The notes under the pieces are model-generated. The model searched no databases. It was not told where the DNA came from and saw only the letters and a list, made by a program, of their open reading frames with translations. From positions 7,593,751-7,657,750 of the forward strand of contig OZ037773.1 in the NCBI GenBank assembly GCA_964035545.1: DNA of 64,000 nucleotides, given 5' to 3'. Of the stretch, positions 34,801 through 47,912 are shown in pieces. Each line of letters opens with the position of its first letter. Within the stretch, counting starts at the first letter, position 1. The DNA is from Bugula neritina. Its lineage: Eukaryota; Animalia; Bryozoa. The translations under genes and the position numbers were made by a program.

Positions 34801-37300
34801 ATACAGAATAATGTAATATACAGAGTGATGTAATATACAGAGTAATGTAATATACAGAGTAATATAATATATAGAGTAATGTAATATACAGAGTAATGTA
34901 ATATACAGAGTAATGTAATATACAGAGTAATGTAATATACAGAGTAATGTAATATACAGAGTAATGTAATATACAGAGTAATGTAATATACAGAGTAATG
35001 TAATATACAGAGTAATATAATATATAGAGTAATGTAATATACAGAGTAATATAATATACAGAGTAATGTAATATACAGAGTAATATAATATATAGAGTAA
35101 TGTAATATACAGAGTAATGTAATATACAGAGTAATATAATATACAGAGTAATATAATATACAGAGTGATGTAATATACAGAGTAATATAATATACAGAGT
35201 AATATAATATATAGAGTAATGTAATATATAGAGTAATGTAATATACAGAGTGATGTAATATACAGAGTAATATAATATACAGAGTAATGTAATATACAGA
35301 GTAATGTAATATACAGAATAATGTAATATACAGAGTAATATAATGTACAGAGTGATGTAATATACAGAGTAATGTAATATACAGAGTAATATAATATACA
35401 GAGTGATGTAATATACAGAGTAATATAATATACAGAGTAATATAATATACAGAGTGATGTAATATACAGAGTAATATAATATACAGAGTAATGTAATATA
35501 CAGAGTAATGTAATATACAGAATAATGTAATATACAGAGTAATATAATGTACAGAGTGATGTAATATACAGAGTAATGTAATATACAGAGTAATATAATA
35601 TACAGAGTGATGTAATATACAGAGTAATATAATATACAGAGTAATATAATATACAGAGTAATGTAATATACAGAGTAATATAATATACAGAGTAATGTAA
35701 TATACAGAGTAATATAATATACAGAGTAATATAATATACAGAGTAATATAATATACAGAGTGATGTAATATACAGAGTAATATAATATACAGAGTAATAT
35801 AATATACAGAGTAATGTAATATATAGAGTAATGTAATATACAGAGTAATATAATATACAGAGTAATGTAATATACAGAGTAATATAATATACAGAGTAAT
35901 GTAATATACAGAGTAATATAATATACAGAGTAATATAATATACAGAGTAATATAATATACAGAGTGATGTAATATACAGAGTAATATAATATACAGAGTA
36001 ATATAATATACAGAGTAATGTAATATATAGAGTAATATAATATACAGAGTAATATAATATACAGAGTAATATAATATACAGAGTAATATAATATACAGAG
36101 TAATGTAATATACAGAGTAATATAATATACAGAGTAATGTAATATATAGAGTAATGTAATATACAGAGTAATGTAATATACAGAGTAATGTAATATACAG
36201 AGTAATATAATATACAGAGTAATATAATATACAGAGTAATGTAATATACAGAGTAATGTAATATACAGAGTAATATAATATATAGAGTAATGTAATATAC
36301 AGAGTAATGTAATATACAGAGTAATATAATATACAGAGTGATGTAATATACAGAGTAATGTAATATACAGAGTAATATAATATACAGAGTAATGTAATAT
36401 ATAGAGTAATGTAATATACAGAGTAATATAATATACAGAGTAATGTAATATATAGAGTAATGTAATATACAGAGTAATATAATATACAGAGTGATGTAAT
36501 ATACAGAGTAATGTAATATACAGAGTAATATAATATACAGAGTAATGTAATATATAGAGTAATGTAATATACAGAGTAATGTAATATACAGAGTAATGTA
36601 ATATACAGAGTAATATAATATACAGAGTAATATAATATACAGAGTAATGTAATATACAGAGTAATATAATATATAGAGTAATATAATATACAGAGTGATG
36701 TAATATACAGAGTAATATAATATACAGAGTAATATAATATACAGAGTAATATAATATACAGAGTAATGTAATATATAGAGTAATATAATATACAGAGTAA
36801 TATAATATACAGAGTAATATAATATACAGAGTGATGTAATATACAGAGTAATATAATATACAGAGTAATATAATATACAGAGTAATGTAATATATAGAGT
36901 AATGTAATATACAGAGTAATATAATATACAGAGTAATATAATATACAGAGTAATGTAATATATAGAGTAATGTAATATACAGAGTAATGTAATATACAGA
37001 GTAATGTAATATACAGAGTAATATAATATACAGAGTAATATAATATACAGAGTAATGTAATATACAGAGTAATATAATATACAGAGTAATATAATATACA
37101 GAGTAATGTAATATACAGAGTAATGTAATATACAGAGTAATGTAATATACAGAGTAATGTAATATACAGAGTAATGTAATATACAGAGTAATGTAATATA
37201 CAGAGTAATGTAATATACAGAGTAATATAATATATAGAGTAATGTAATATACAGAGTAATGTAATATACAGAGTAATGTAATATACAGAGTAATGTAATA
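31868..37300. repeat. 17-bp tandem satellite, about 320 units
   Basis: Unit consensus TACAGAGTAATRTAATA, continuous for about 5.4 kb. Confidence 0.98.
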
Positions 37301-39184
37301 GAGTAGATTTTGATAATCAGAAGGTTGATAGACTACTTAACTTAGTCACAGTGTCGTACTGACCGGGTGGGAGCCCCCTACAACAGAGTACGAGAATCTG
37401 TTGCAGGTGAGACGCAGAGAAAGGAACTAGAAGATATCTTAACACCACCGTCACGCAGTCACCCCCTCCCCCTCGTACTCTTCTTTCCGATACTGGCAAG
37501 CAATAGACTGCGTTCCTTAATGGCTCTTCGCTACAGAGCAGGTGGCTGTCATGGGCAGATGGTGTTGACAACCTTCTCCTTCCACTAATACGATTGGCGT
37601 GGAGATGATGATAATATATAGTTAGGATAGTTTTTAATATGTTACAAATTTTACTGTTTTATAATCTAATAATATAATAATATCCTTGTATATGGGTAGA
37701 TTAATAGTATAACAGTAAAGTACACATGTGTGTCATCTAATCTTTCGAAGTAGGAGAGTCTGCAACCCTGTTTTTTGTTAGCACTACTAGTAGTGTGTTA
37801 CCCTATTGATGCTTGGCCCTGTAGAATAATTCTGGTATCAGACATAGGTGTTGGTCTTTCTTTTTCCTTGCTGGTACGCTGCTGTGAAGCCCACCCCTTT
37901 TAGTGGGGCAGCCAGCAGTGCGGCCCGGTTATGTTCAAGCTGTCCTGTCACATGATCTAATATTCTTTTTAATATTGTACTCTGTGTGGTTATTTTCCTT
38001 CACTGTGTTTTATTTAATATGGTATTATATTGTGTTGCTTCTGTTGTGCAATGCAGTGTTATTCTGTTTTACATTTTTCTATTTTCGTCTTTACGTTTTT
38101 TTTTGGGATTAGTAACCTACGCGCTGGCAAGGATGCCAACTACCCCCTTCATCGTTCATGTTACGTCCTCCTAACATTCCGGAACCGGAATTTCTCTTTT
38201 TTTCTCCCAAGCGGGCCCAGATTGCAGCAAAGTTACCCGGCTGTATAAAGAGCAGTTGAGGACAGCCCTGAAGTTACACAGGCTGAGACTACAGGAGATC
38301 CCGGCAATGGCGACTCTGTTGACTCGACTGGAGCAGTGGCCTGAGGATATGCCTTTCGATAGGTCGGAGGAATGTAAGAGTCGTGCTCCTGTGCACAACT
38401 GACTGTAAGGAGTTGTGCTCCTGTGTATATCGAAAGGACAACTCCCCTGTTCTCATTCTGTTATCTTAATTCGTAGCGTCTCTAATACACTCGGCCTAAC
38501 AACGTCCACATTACTATACTACCGACTTAAGCTCTGAACCAAGAAGGGGACTAACTAATTAGAAATGATAGCTAGCTGCTTGGACAGCAGCAGTTGGACA
38601 GTGGCATTAATTTAGATAGGTTGTGTTATACTGTCTGCAATTATGTAGTGTGCTTTTATTATTAGTGTATAGTTTGACTTGGGTATGTTTTGGTTTGAAT
38701 AAACGCTTTATTATTCTACTCTAACTTGGCAGTGTTGCATTATGCTATAAATAAGCAGTAATCAGTGAATGCATAAATTCACAATAGTTTCTATTGTAGC
38801 ATTGAACCAAAGAATCTATTGATGTTGAATTATAATTCTAGTGTGGTATTCTACATATAGTACACCTTCTTAGTGTACAGCTATCAATTTTATGATCTAA
38901 GCTAGTCCTGGTTAGTCATTGAAGGTTTAGTCCATATACAGTGCAGGTTAGTACTTTAAGCTTTTACAGAACACATACAACTAGAAAAAGTGCAGTATAA
39001 GAACATAGCTGATATGAAATATCACTAAATTTTCAGTCATTTCAGTTCAGTTTAAATTAGAGATAATCATATAATTTTGCTCATCACAATTACTAATGTT
39101 CACCAGCTAAGTGAATTTTCGGGCAAATACTATGATTCATAATTGTTGATTGTATTTGTAATTATCCATATTGGCTGTTTTTGA

Positions 39185-39531
39185 GGTGACTAGTCAATAT
39201 TCCGAAGGCCCATTGCTCCGAAGGTGCATTATTCCGAAGGTGCATTAGTCTGAAAATTAGTAACACAGGATTATTATACCACTGAGAATATCAAAAATTT
39301 CACTCACAATCTTGCTATGTTATTGCTAGCTGTGAGTGGCATGCGTGTGGCCTACTTGTAATTTTTTAGCCTGAGATTACGCTATGATGCTGCTTCAATT
39401 AAGGGCTGGTTGTCTATCAACATTCCATTGTGGCTGCTCCATAAACTAAGTACACAGCAAGCTATTCACTAGTCTGTCGGCTAGCAAGCCTGTAATTAGT
39501 AATCTATGCATTAGTATCTCTTCATCTCTAA
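39185..39531. mobile_element. Truncated TIR of the same Mutator-like family as 20511-22245
   Basis: ggtgactagtcaatattccgaaggcccatt.. through ..catctcta matches the TIR of the intact copy; cut off by the Academ element. Confidence 0.85.
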
Positions 39532-42500
39532 TAGTCTAGAAGTAACCTCCCAAAAGGTGCTCAAAAAATTGACTTATTACACTTTACTAGGTGGCCACTC
39601 AAAAAAAATTGTTTCTAAATCAGAATTTTGTGCTGATTCTGAATCTACAAACTCTAGAATTTTATCTTCACCCAAACTCAAGTTATTGCAAAAAACAAAT
39701 TGACATCTTGGATGGGTCATAATAAAAAGAAATGTGGAGTGTGCAAAATAGTATCCAATTTTACCAAGCTATCTTGAAGAAAAAATATTTGCTGAAATAT
39801 CAAAAATAATTGCCTTTTGACTAGAATTCTATGCTGATGCTGAATTTAAAGACTGCAAGATGCTATATCTCAAATTAAAACCAAGTTGTTTACGTAAACA
39901 TATATGTTTGTTATGCATCAACGTATTGCATGCAGCATAAGCATACAGAATAATTGTATGACCAAGCTATTTATACAAAAACAAAGTTATGCTGATGTGT
40001 GAAAAAACTATATTTATAAAATCATAGCGCAAAATAAATGTTGAAATGAATAAATATTGAAATCTTTTGAACACAGCCCAGGTGAGTCATTTGCTAGTCT
40101 GTCAGTAGCCGTTAAACATTTGCAAAAATCAACAAGATTCTGTAAAATTATTTAGAGAAACAGAAGCATGAGAGATGATCAAAATCAAATTGTTTGCAGC
40201 CAAATATATAACAAATGTCTAAAAATAGTGTTTCATTATGAAAAAGTATTCTCGCCATCATTGTCACTGTCGTCAGTCTCCTCAGCTTCTTCTTCCCAAG
40301 TATAGCACTTCTTTTCAGACAATCCTTACATTGACAAACATCGGTGCACTGCATTTGAGACTTCTGACATCCACATATTGATATGTTGCAGCCAGTCTTA
40401 CAGGAGCAGTTTAAACTTTGCAATAAACATGTTCAGGTGCAATCGCAGCTTGAATCATCCACTTTATATTTATGCTGCCATGAATCTTATCAATCTACCC
40501 ATGATGTTCTGGGGGTGGTGCATCAATATAGGCTGTTGTCGATCACCCTTCTTTAAATGGCTGCATGCCTGATAATATGCTTTTTTTAAGTGCAAACTTA
40601 ATTCATCTTTTGTTTGAGGCAAACTGTTTTGAGTTATGTTATAACATAACTGTCTGTCTATAGACAGTGAACAAAATACAGTGTATTGGACAACATCTGT
40701 ATTTGAATTTCTTGCTCAAAGAAGTTTACAAACAAATTGTTCTACTTCAGCCGCTGAAATGGCTGGTGGCTTGAAATACTTTTCGAGGTGTTCAAAGCTT
40801 CCCATACATTCAGGATATTTTCTCAAAAGAGAGTAGGCTGTGAGCTAACCTTTTTCATAAAAAGCACAAGAGTCGAATCACAACTTGTTAAAGCATGAAA
40901 TCTAGTAAGCGCTGCACACAACTGTGGTCGGGATTTATTTGCTGCAATGTTGACATCCAAATACCTAATATGATTATGGTTTCTTCCCAGATAGTCGCTA
41001 TTTCTATTTTGTTGCCATATATATTAATATTGCCTATATAACTGTTGTATTGATTGCTAAATAGCTAATATGCTAATAGCTATAGTAGCTAACATGAATT
41101 ATCTAGAATAATTTTCTATTATTCTTACAAATTTGTGTGGGACAAAAAGTAGTAATATACATTAATAATAGACACTATCTTTAATGGATACTTATAAACA
41201 AAATTTCTTTTCAAACAACGGGCAAGATGTATAGAATATACAAAATTAATAAGTTAAGGCAGATCAAAGGAATCTATTTATGCATGTGCTAAATAACAAG
41301 CAATTAATCAAAGTTTATTTAAATATACATATATTTCAATAATAATAAAACAGATTGCACATAAAAATACATTTTACCAAAATAAATAACTAGCGTCTAA
41401 GTAGGCAATTTAGCCTAACCTCTATTTGGGATGATATTACCAAGATTACGACACCCGCGAAAAAATATAATTGGCAAGAAGGTAATGTCTAGCAAATATG
41501 GTGAGAATCAAGATGAAAACATGCATGTCTTGAGATTTGATTATTACACTCGGGCTTATGATGTTCATAAGATATTTTGCATGTAACAAAGTTTGTGTAC
41601 TTGCTTCCTCGTGATCTGATTGTAAGCATTTGAGTTCTGTTTTCTTAGGAATTCCACCATGTTTAAAAAATTCTTGCTGAATGCAATTTTTGTTTGGTAT
41701 GCAATAGCTATAATAACAGTATTGTTCTCTAAAGTTTTTCTACTCCATTTTTCACACAAAAATGCACCAGTCACTAACGCAGCTTGTTCTATTTGCTAAT
41801 AAGAAATTATTTTTGTGACAAATGAAACACATAAAAAAATTACATGCCTATAATTTTTTAATAAGACAGCCCGAGATCATTTTTCTAATGGGTGGCTTAA
41901 ATATAACCATATATATTTAAAATTATAGGAAAGCTTTAGGGTATTTCTTTTGTAACTATAACTGAGCTAAATTGACTCTAGAGTCATTATATTAAGATAG
42001 TATAAAAATATGCATTTTAACCAAAAACATTGTTTCAAAAACCAAATTGCTTATATATATAATATATAGTTCAGCTTAAATTTATTGGCAAAGCTCAATC
42101 GTACACATTTAAAATATTATCTTCCGAAGTCCAGACCAACCTGCTCATGCTTCTCATTACTTTTTGCAAAAGTAGTTATTATAATAAAAATCGTGAAGAA
42201 AATCATTATCAGACACAGATTTACTTATAATTCGGCTTTTTTATAGCTGATCAATAATAATGTTTGCCTTATAACTAAAAAACCCATTTCTTTGCTTATT
42301 TTCGTCCATATAGTCTACATTTTTTCAAATGTTTTCACAAGAAAATCACTAGAATTAAACCCAGAGAAGTGAAAAACACATCTATGATTATCTGCAAAAA
42401 TTTTTGCTTGTATATACAATAAACTAGCTTCAACAATTTCAAGATAATACTTGACAGATTCGGACAAAGCTGTGGGGAAACAACTCCTGTAAAAGTTTAA

Positions 42501-42850
42501 AGAGCTTTTGTGACTCACTAGGTGGACAGAACAATTTAGAGTTTTTATAACAAAAAGTGGGAAGAGTATCTATAATCATCAGCAAAATTATTTTGCTTAT
42601 ATGAAATAAATTAGCTTTAATAATTCTAAGATATTTAGCTGATTCACAAAAACGTTAGGAGAAGACAACTCCTGATTCATTTAAAAAGTTTGAAGCGCTT
42701 TTTTGGCTAACTGGGTGCGCAGAACAGTTTAGAGTTTTCACAGATTAATTAAGACCTTTAAAACTCTCCATTTCTATAAAAAGTGCATGGCCACCTCTCG
42801 GAGTGTAATGAGTGAAAGATAATTGGAGGTTACTTCTAGAGTCTAGACTA
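39532..42850 (-). mobile_element. Decayed Academ (AcademX-type) DNA transposon
   Basis: TAG..CTA termini with imperfect about 65-bp TIRs (tagtctagaagtaacctcc..attacact..aggtggcca). Minus-strand remnants FHALTSCDST (about 40870-40900), SLPQTKDELSLHLKKAYYQAC (about 40562-40625) and CSCKTGCNISICGCQKSQMQCTDVCQCKDC (about 40320-40410), typical of the XPG-like plus Cys-rich region. Confidence 0.78.
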
Positions 42851-43085
42851 ATAGTTTACTAGAAAAGTACTAACCCACCATTATATGTCTTCTGCAGGTG
42901 AAATTTCTTTCTCTCCTGCGCACATTAAGACTTGCCAACACCTGTTATGTCACCCTGTTCACTGAACAAACTACGAGCCTTTCTCTACAGGAAACCTGGT
43001 TCTGTGTTACTCTATAGAATTCCCCTGGTTATCCTTTTATGCATTTGTTGTCTCCGAATATATTGGAAACGTTATGGTAAGTCAA

Positions 43086-43200
43086 CTGTGTGTGCCCAGT
43101 GTGTGTGTGCCCAGTGTGTGTGTGCCCAGTGTGTGTGTGCCCAGTGTGTGTGTGCCCAGTGTGTGTGTGCCCAGTGTGTGTGTGCCCAGTGTGTATGTGT
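43086..43200. repeat. 15-bp minisatellite (gtgtgtgtgcccagt)n
   Basis: About 7 copies in intron 1 of copy 2. Confidence 0.9.
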
Positions 43201-44795
43201 TCGCACACTGTAGATGTAGATGCGTATAAATGGATTTCTAGTATCTGCATGTATGCAATGCTGTAGAATGGTGGAATGACTTGATGGGAAAACCCATGAG
43301 CGAGTACTCATGGCCGTTAAATATAGATGCAGCTAAGTTGATGCAAGAATACAAGTCAGGGACACTCAGTATTCAGCCAATCACAGTGGACCAATCTTCT
43401 ATCAGTCTATTCCCGTCTAGCAAATACTGCAAACGTAAGTATCAGCAAGCACTTGTAGCACCTGACACATTACGCAAATAACAAGCACCTCTAGCACCTG
43501 ACACATACTGTAACTAACAAGCATTTGTAGCATCTGACACATACTGTAAATAACAAGTGTTTATTGAAATATTCTACTTTTTAGCAACTTACCTTATGCT
43601 TAGCAAGCTGCATATCTAACAGATTATAATGCTTCTATATATTTTTATCTTAAATCAATTTATGTTAAATTCAAAGTCATTTATTTAAAATACAGTATTA
43701 AGGTTTATTAAAAAAATAGCACTGTCAAAAAATGTTTTTGCTGTCCCTAATTAAGGATTTTTACTGATTTGCCCATCTGTTAATAAGTAATTTGTTCTTG
43801 CATGATAAAAATGTGTTAAGTTGCTATTATACACCACATATCCCTACATGTGCTCTTGTATGTACATATTAACCATTATAATTTATACACATATACAGCT
43901 AGTCTAATAACAGTCCTAATAAAGACCAGAGTTGAAGACAGGCGTAACAGAGATTTACTGAGGCAGACATGAATAGAAGATCTACACAAGTATAATCTGC
44001 AGCACAGTTTTCTACTTGGTTAGTTATATCATTGTATGCGTGAAAAAGTCTAATCATAATATAAGATAAGTTAAATTCTTCAGCTTCTTCTTTTCTGCAC
44101 CAGATGTTGTTACCTAAGTCTTTGCGTTTTTGTAAAAGCACAGCTGATAGTATTTTTGTAATATATAGCGTAGCGTTGACAGGTAAAGATGATTTTTAGT
44201 AAGCTAGCTGTATTTATAATTAATGTTTGCAGGGCATAGAAAATAAAATGGCCAGCTTTTAGTTGTGAGTTGAAAACTGAGTTTAAGGAATTGGTTGTAA
44301 CAGTAAATATATTTTAAAGCTGCCATGTAATTAATAATGCGCAAATAGTTTTTGTTTTTTGTACAAGTGCAAAATATTCATCCAGTCTTTCCCATTTTTA
44401 TTTTACACATAGCTTCAGGCTACCAAGGCAGCCATAACTAATTAAATTATTGTCTTTGAGTTAGCCTAATATCAATTCAATGGCTGCTGCTGATTTTGCT
44501 TTGCCTTTCAAAATGTAGCAGCATTCAAGTGTTTAGTTACATGACTCGGGGACCTATATCTTTAAATTAGTGTTTTTTCCAGGTCAATGCAAGTCAAAAG
44601 AATGTAATAATACTTTGAAATTGGAGTTATCTGAACATAAAGATATCATCCAAGGAGATTTTATTGATGCGTATCTTAACAACACACTGAAGTTCAGAAT
44701 GGGTCTGAAATATATAACTAATCATTGTGATAAGAGTGAATACGTGCTAATCATAGATGGAGACTACAGTCTCAATGTTAAAAGGTACAGAGCTA

Positions 44796-44796
<1 letters not shown>

Positions 44797-44879
<83 letters not shown>
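44797..44879. repeat. (TA)n microsatellite
   Basis: Direct reading. Confidence 0.95.
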
Positions 44880-44881
<2 letters not shown>

Positions 44882-45583
44882 ACATGTAGATGTATGTTAG
44901 CTTCAAATTGCCTCTGTGCCTTGCCCTATTACTATTATAGATATTAATGAATTAGTTTTATAATAATTGCCTTTTATTTTTGCTAAATCTAGTTTGTTAA
45001 ACTTTGAGCATTTGAAATGAAGGAGGCATTAAAAAAACTTACTTTTAGAGTTAACTAATTTATCTCACTTTATCTACTGCAACAGAGTAAGTCATACCAA
45101 GTCAAATAAAAGTAAGCAATAAAATGATGTCAAAAGAAATTAGGACAAAAAGACAGCTAAATAAAATTAATTTAATTTTAGCAAGAGGTGTTTTAAGTTC
45201 ATTGCTGCTAAAATTACGCTTGATGCTGGCAGCTTCTAAGAGCAAAACACTTATTCAAAAACTTTGTATCAGAAAAAGTAAAATCTAGAAGAAAACGTAA
45301 ATGGTAATAACATTCAATACCACTTAATTGAAAAAGTTGATTGACCAGTATAGACAGCGACTGCAAGTTTTGTGGTTAACAGATTGCAAGAAAAACTTGA
45401 AGTTTTTCCAAAATTGTTTAGAAATTCTACAAAAATGTTGAAAGACCGCAAACTTTATTTACCTTTGTATTCTTGGTTGATTACTACAACTCAATTAAAA
45501 GTAATTGGATAATTTTAAAAATGACTAAAACATTTAAATTACTATTTTTGTGAACTGTCTTTTGTTAAATTATGTCACATGAC

Positions 45584-45603
45584 AACACACACACACACAC
45601 ACA

Positions 45604-45675
<72 letters not shown>

Positions 45676-45676
45676 A
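45584..45676. repeat. (CA)n/(CACG)n microsatellite
   Basis: Direct reading; paralogous position to the (CA)n tract at 30312. Confidence 0.92.
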
Positions 45677-47912
45677 ACAGTTGACCTACCATCAAGTTTC
45701 CATTATATTTGATTACAACACAGGGCCATGTAATGTATAATAATATATATTTTAAATCACATTATGTAGGCTAGTGGAGTACCTTGAAGAAATAGCATAC
45801 CCTCGGGACTTGTATGCTGGGAGAGTCTGGTTAAATGCTCGTCCCTTCCGAGATCCAAACCAATCACACTACCTGAGTTTTGAGTTTTACCCATACAGGC
45901 GTTTTCCTCCATTTATTGCTGCCGGTGCTAGCCTTATTTCAGCTTCTGTTGCTGAATCTTTAAACATCGTTGGGCAGTTTACTAAGTATCTTCCATTTGA
46001 CGATGTTTTCTATGGTTAGTAGTAAGCAACATCTACTTGCAGTGCACCCATACTCTCGTTATTTGTTACCTCTGTCAGATATATAACTATCTGATATATG
46101 ACTGGCTGATTATTGAGTTTGACTGTTTATTTACAGCTGAATGTAACAGTTGACAGTTACTATTTACTACGTCATTTTTAATAAAAGTGACTTTTCATTC
46201 TTGCCAAAAATTATTGCTGTTTCACATGTTATTTACAGGAATGGTGGCTAAAAAACTGAATTTAGAGCTGGTTGATTTGACTCCTCTTTTGCCGTCATAC
46301 TTTGTGCCGAGTGCCACCGCGGGCCACATTCACAAGTCACTTATTGGCTCACACAGATATGGAAACTTGGCCGAAGTACAATTTATTCACAATAGTTACA
46401 TACACACCTGAGCTAGACTCTTCACAACATTTAGATGTATCTCAGTTATGTCTTTAAAAACCGCAACTAGCATTACATAGTATTTGGCTTCAGATATTTG
46501 TAGAATATGAAATGATAAAATAGCATAATGAATAGCATAATAGCATAATGAAAGTGTGGAATTCGATTAATCCGGACGGAGTGATGCATGCACCAGAGTG
46601 CTGCCAATGCTGCCTGGATACTCTGCTACATTTCTAATTGTTTCCTCAGAATTTCCTCAATTTTCACATCATACGGAAAGAGTGAGTAGATCCCTTGGCT
46701 ATAGGCAAGACCATCATTCATCCTTACTCTTCAGCTTAAATTGCCGTTGAATAACACGAATGAATTATTATTACTATATGGCTATTTTTATCAATCTATT
46801 GTTTCTACACTTGTAGTAATTGCAAGTTATTTTGTCTGAAAGTGTGTTCATATTCACATTGTAATCAATGCTTAACTTGAACTTAAAGCTTTGTATTTAT
46901 CATGTACATGATTAATTTAAATGCTGGTTTTAGCAATATATATTATAGGGATATGTGTTTAAAGCCTATTTTATTAAACAAAATTTTTTACAATAATTAT
47001 TACATCTATAAGAACAAAATAAAATAACAAAAGCAACAGAATATCTCTTCTATACTTATATAAATTAGCAGCACAAATAAAAAGCGTAATGATAAAGTCA
47101 TCAGGGTGAAAGTCAAAGATTGTATTGATGTCACTTCACCCTTCAACTCTTTGGAATGTCTCCTCTTGGAATGTCATACAACAATGGATGGTTATATCTT
47201 TTATAGCTTGCTTAGGCTTATAGCCTATTTATGCAGTTCCCTCATAACCAGCTTTATTCAAATACAAAACTCTTCATTGCAAAACGTATTCAAAATTGAT
47301 TTAGCAGCTGAAATTTGAGCTTTATCAGTTTATGCAAAAAACTAAAATCCGCTTGATGTTAGTAGCTTTAAAACTAGAACTTATTATCTTACTTTGTTAT
47401 CAACAATAATGAAATGCTTTTGCTGAATGTAAAAATTAAAGTTCCATTTACTAGTAGTAGTAGTAGTATTGATTATTATACAGTAATATTTATACAGAAT
47501 TGCTTATAACAAAAGAGGTGACGCCTATTCAATTTGTCAATAGGAATAAAAAACCGTTTAGAAAAGCTTATGCGTAGTAGCTGTATAGTGTACCTTTGTA
47601 TGAATTTATGCAAACGAAAAGAATTCAATAGTCGAGCATTAAAAAACAAACATCAGCTTAATAGTAGCATAGTTACAGTCGAAATTTGAACTGCCATGCA
47701 AGATGCTAGTTCTACTAAGGTTAAAGGAGACTAAAAGCACCATGTAGGTAAGTAGAGGAAATTGGTTCTAGTTTCAAACTATATAGCATGATAATTATTT
47801 TATAACTTTTTCAGTTAAGTTTACTTTATTAAATATTTCTTTCTGTAAAAAAACCTACTCATTCTACTGCAGATAATAAAACCTGAGACAGAGAGTATTC
47901 ATCAAGTCTAGA

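Larger units (their letters stand above)
42947..46411 (+). pseudogene. GT31 brainiac-like copy 2, disrupted
   Basis: Exons 42947-43076, 43214-43434, 43899-44018, 44583-44784, 45770-46014, 46239-46411. A 2-bp insertion in exon 2 gives TAG at 43264-43266, and TGG>TGA at 43970-43972 hits the RQTW motif. Confidence 0.85.

Noticed and set aside
31868-37300. CRISPR-like array
   Set aside because: Contiguous 17-bp units with no unique spacers, no cas genes, eukaryotic context.
38335-38450. Hammerhead ribozyme (CTGAGGA..GAAA)
   Set aside because: Stems I-III cannot be formed without pairing the catalytic core nucleotides.
43214-43972. Rescue of GT31 copy 2 by an alternative acceptor at 43266 or by TGA readthrough
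   Set aside because: The acceptor would restore frame, but TGA at 43970 replaces a conserved Trp and no SECIS or readthrough signal is evident.
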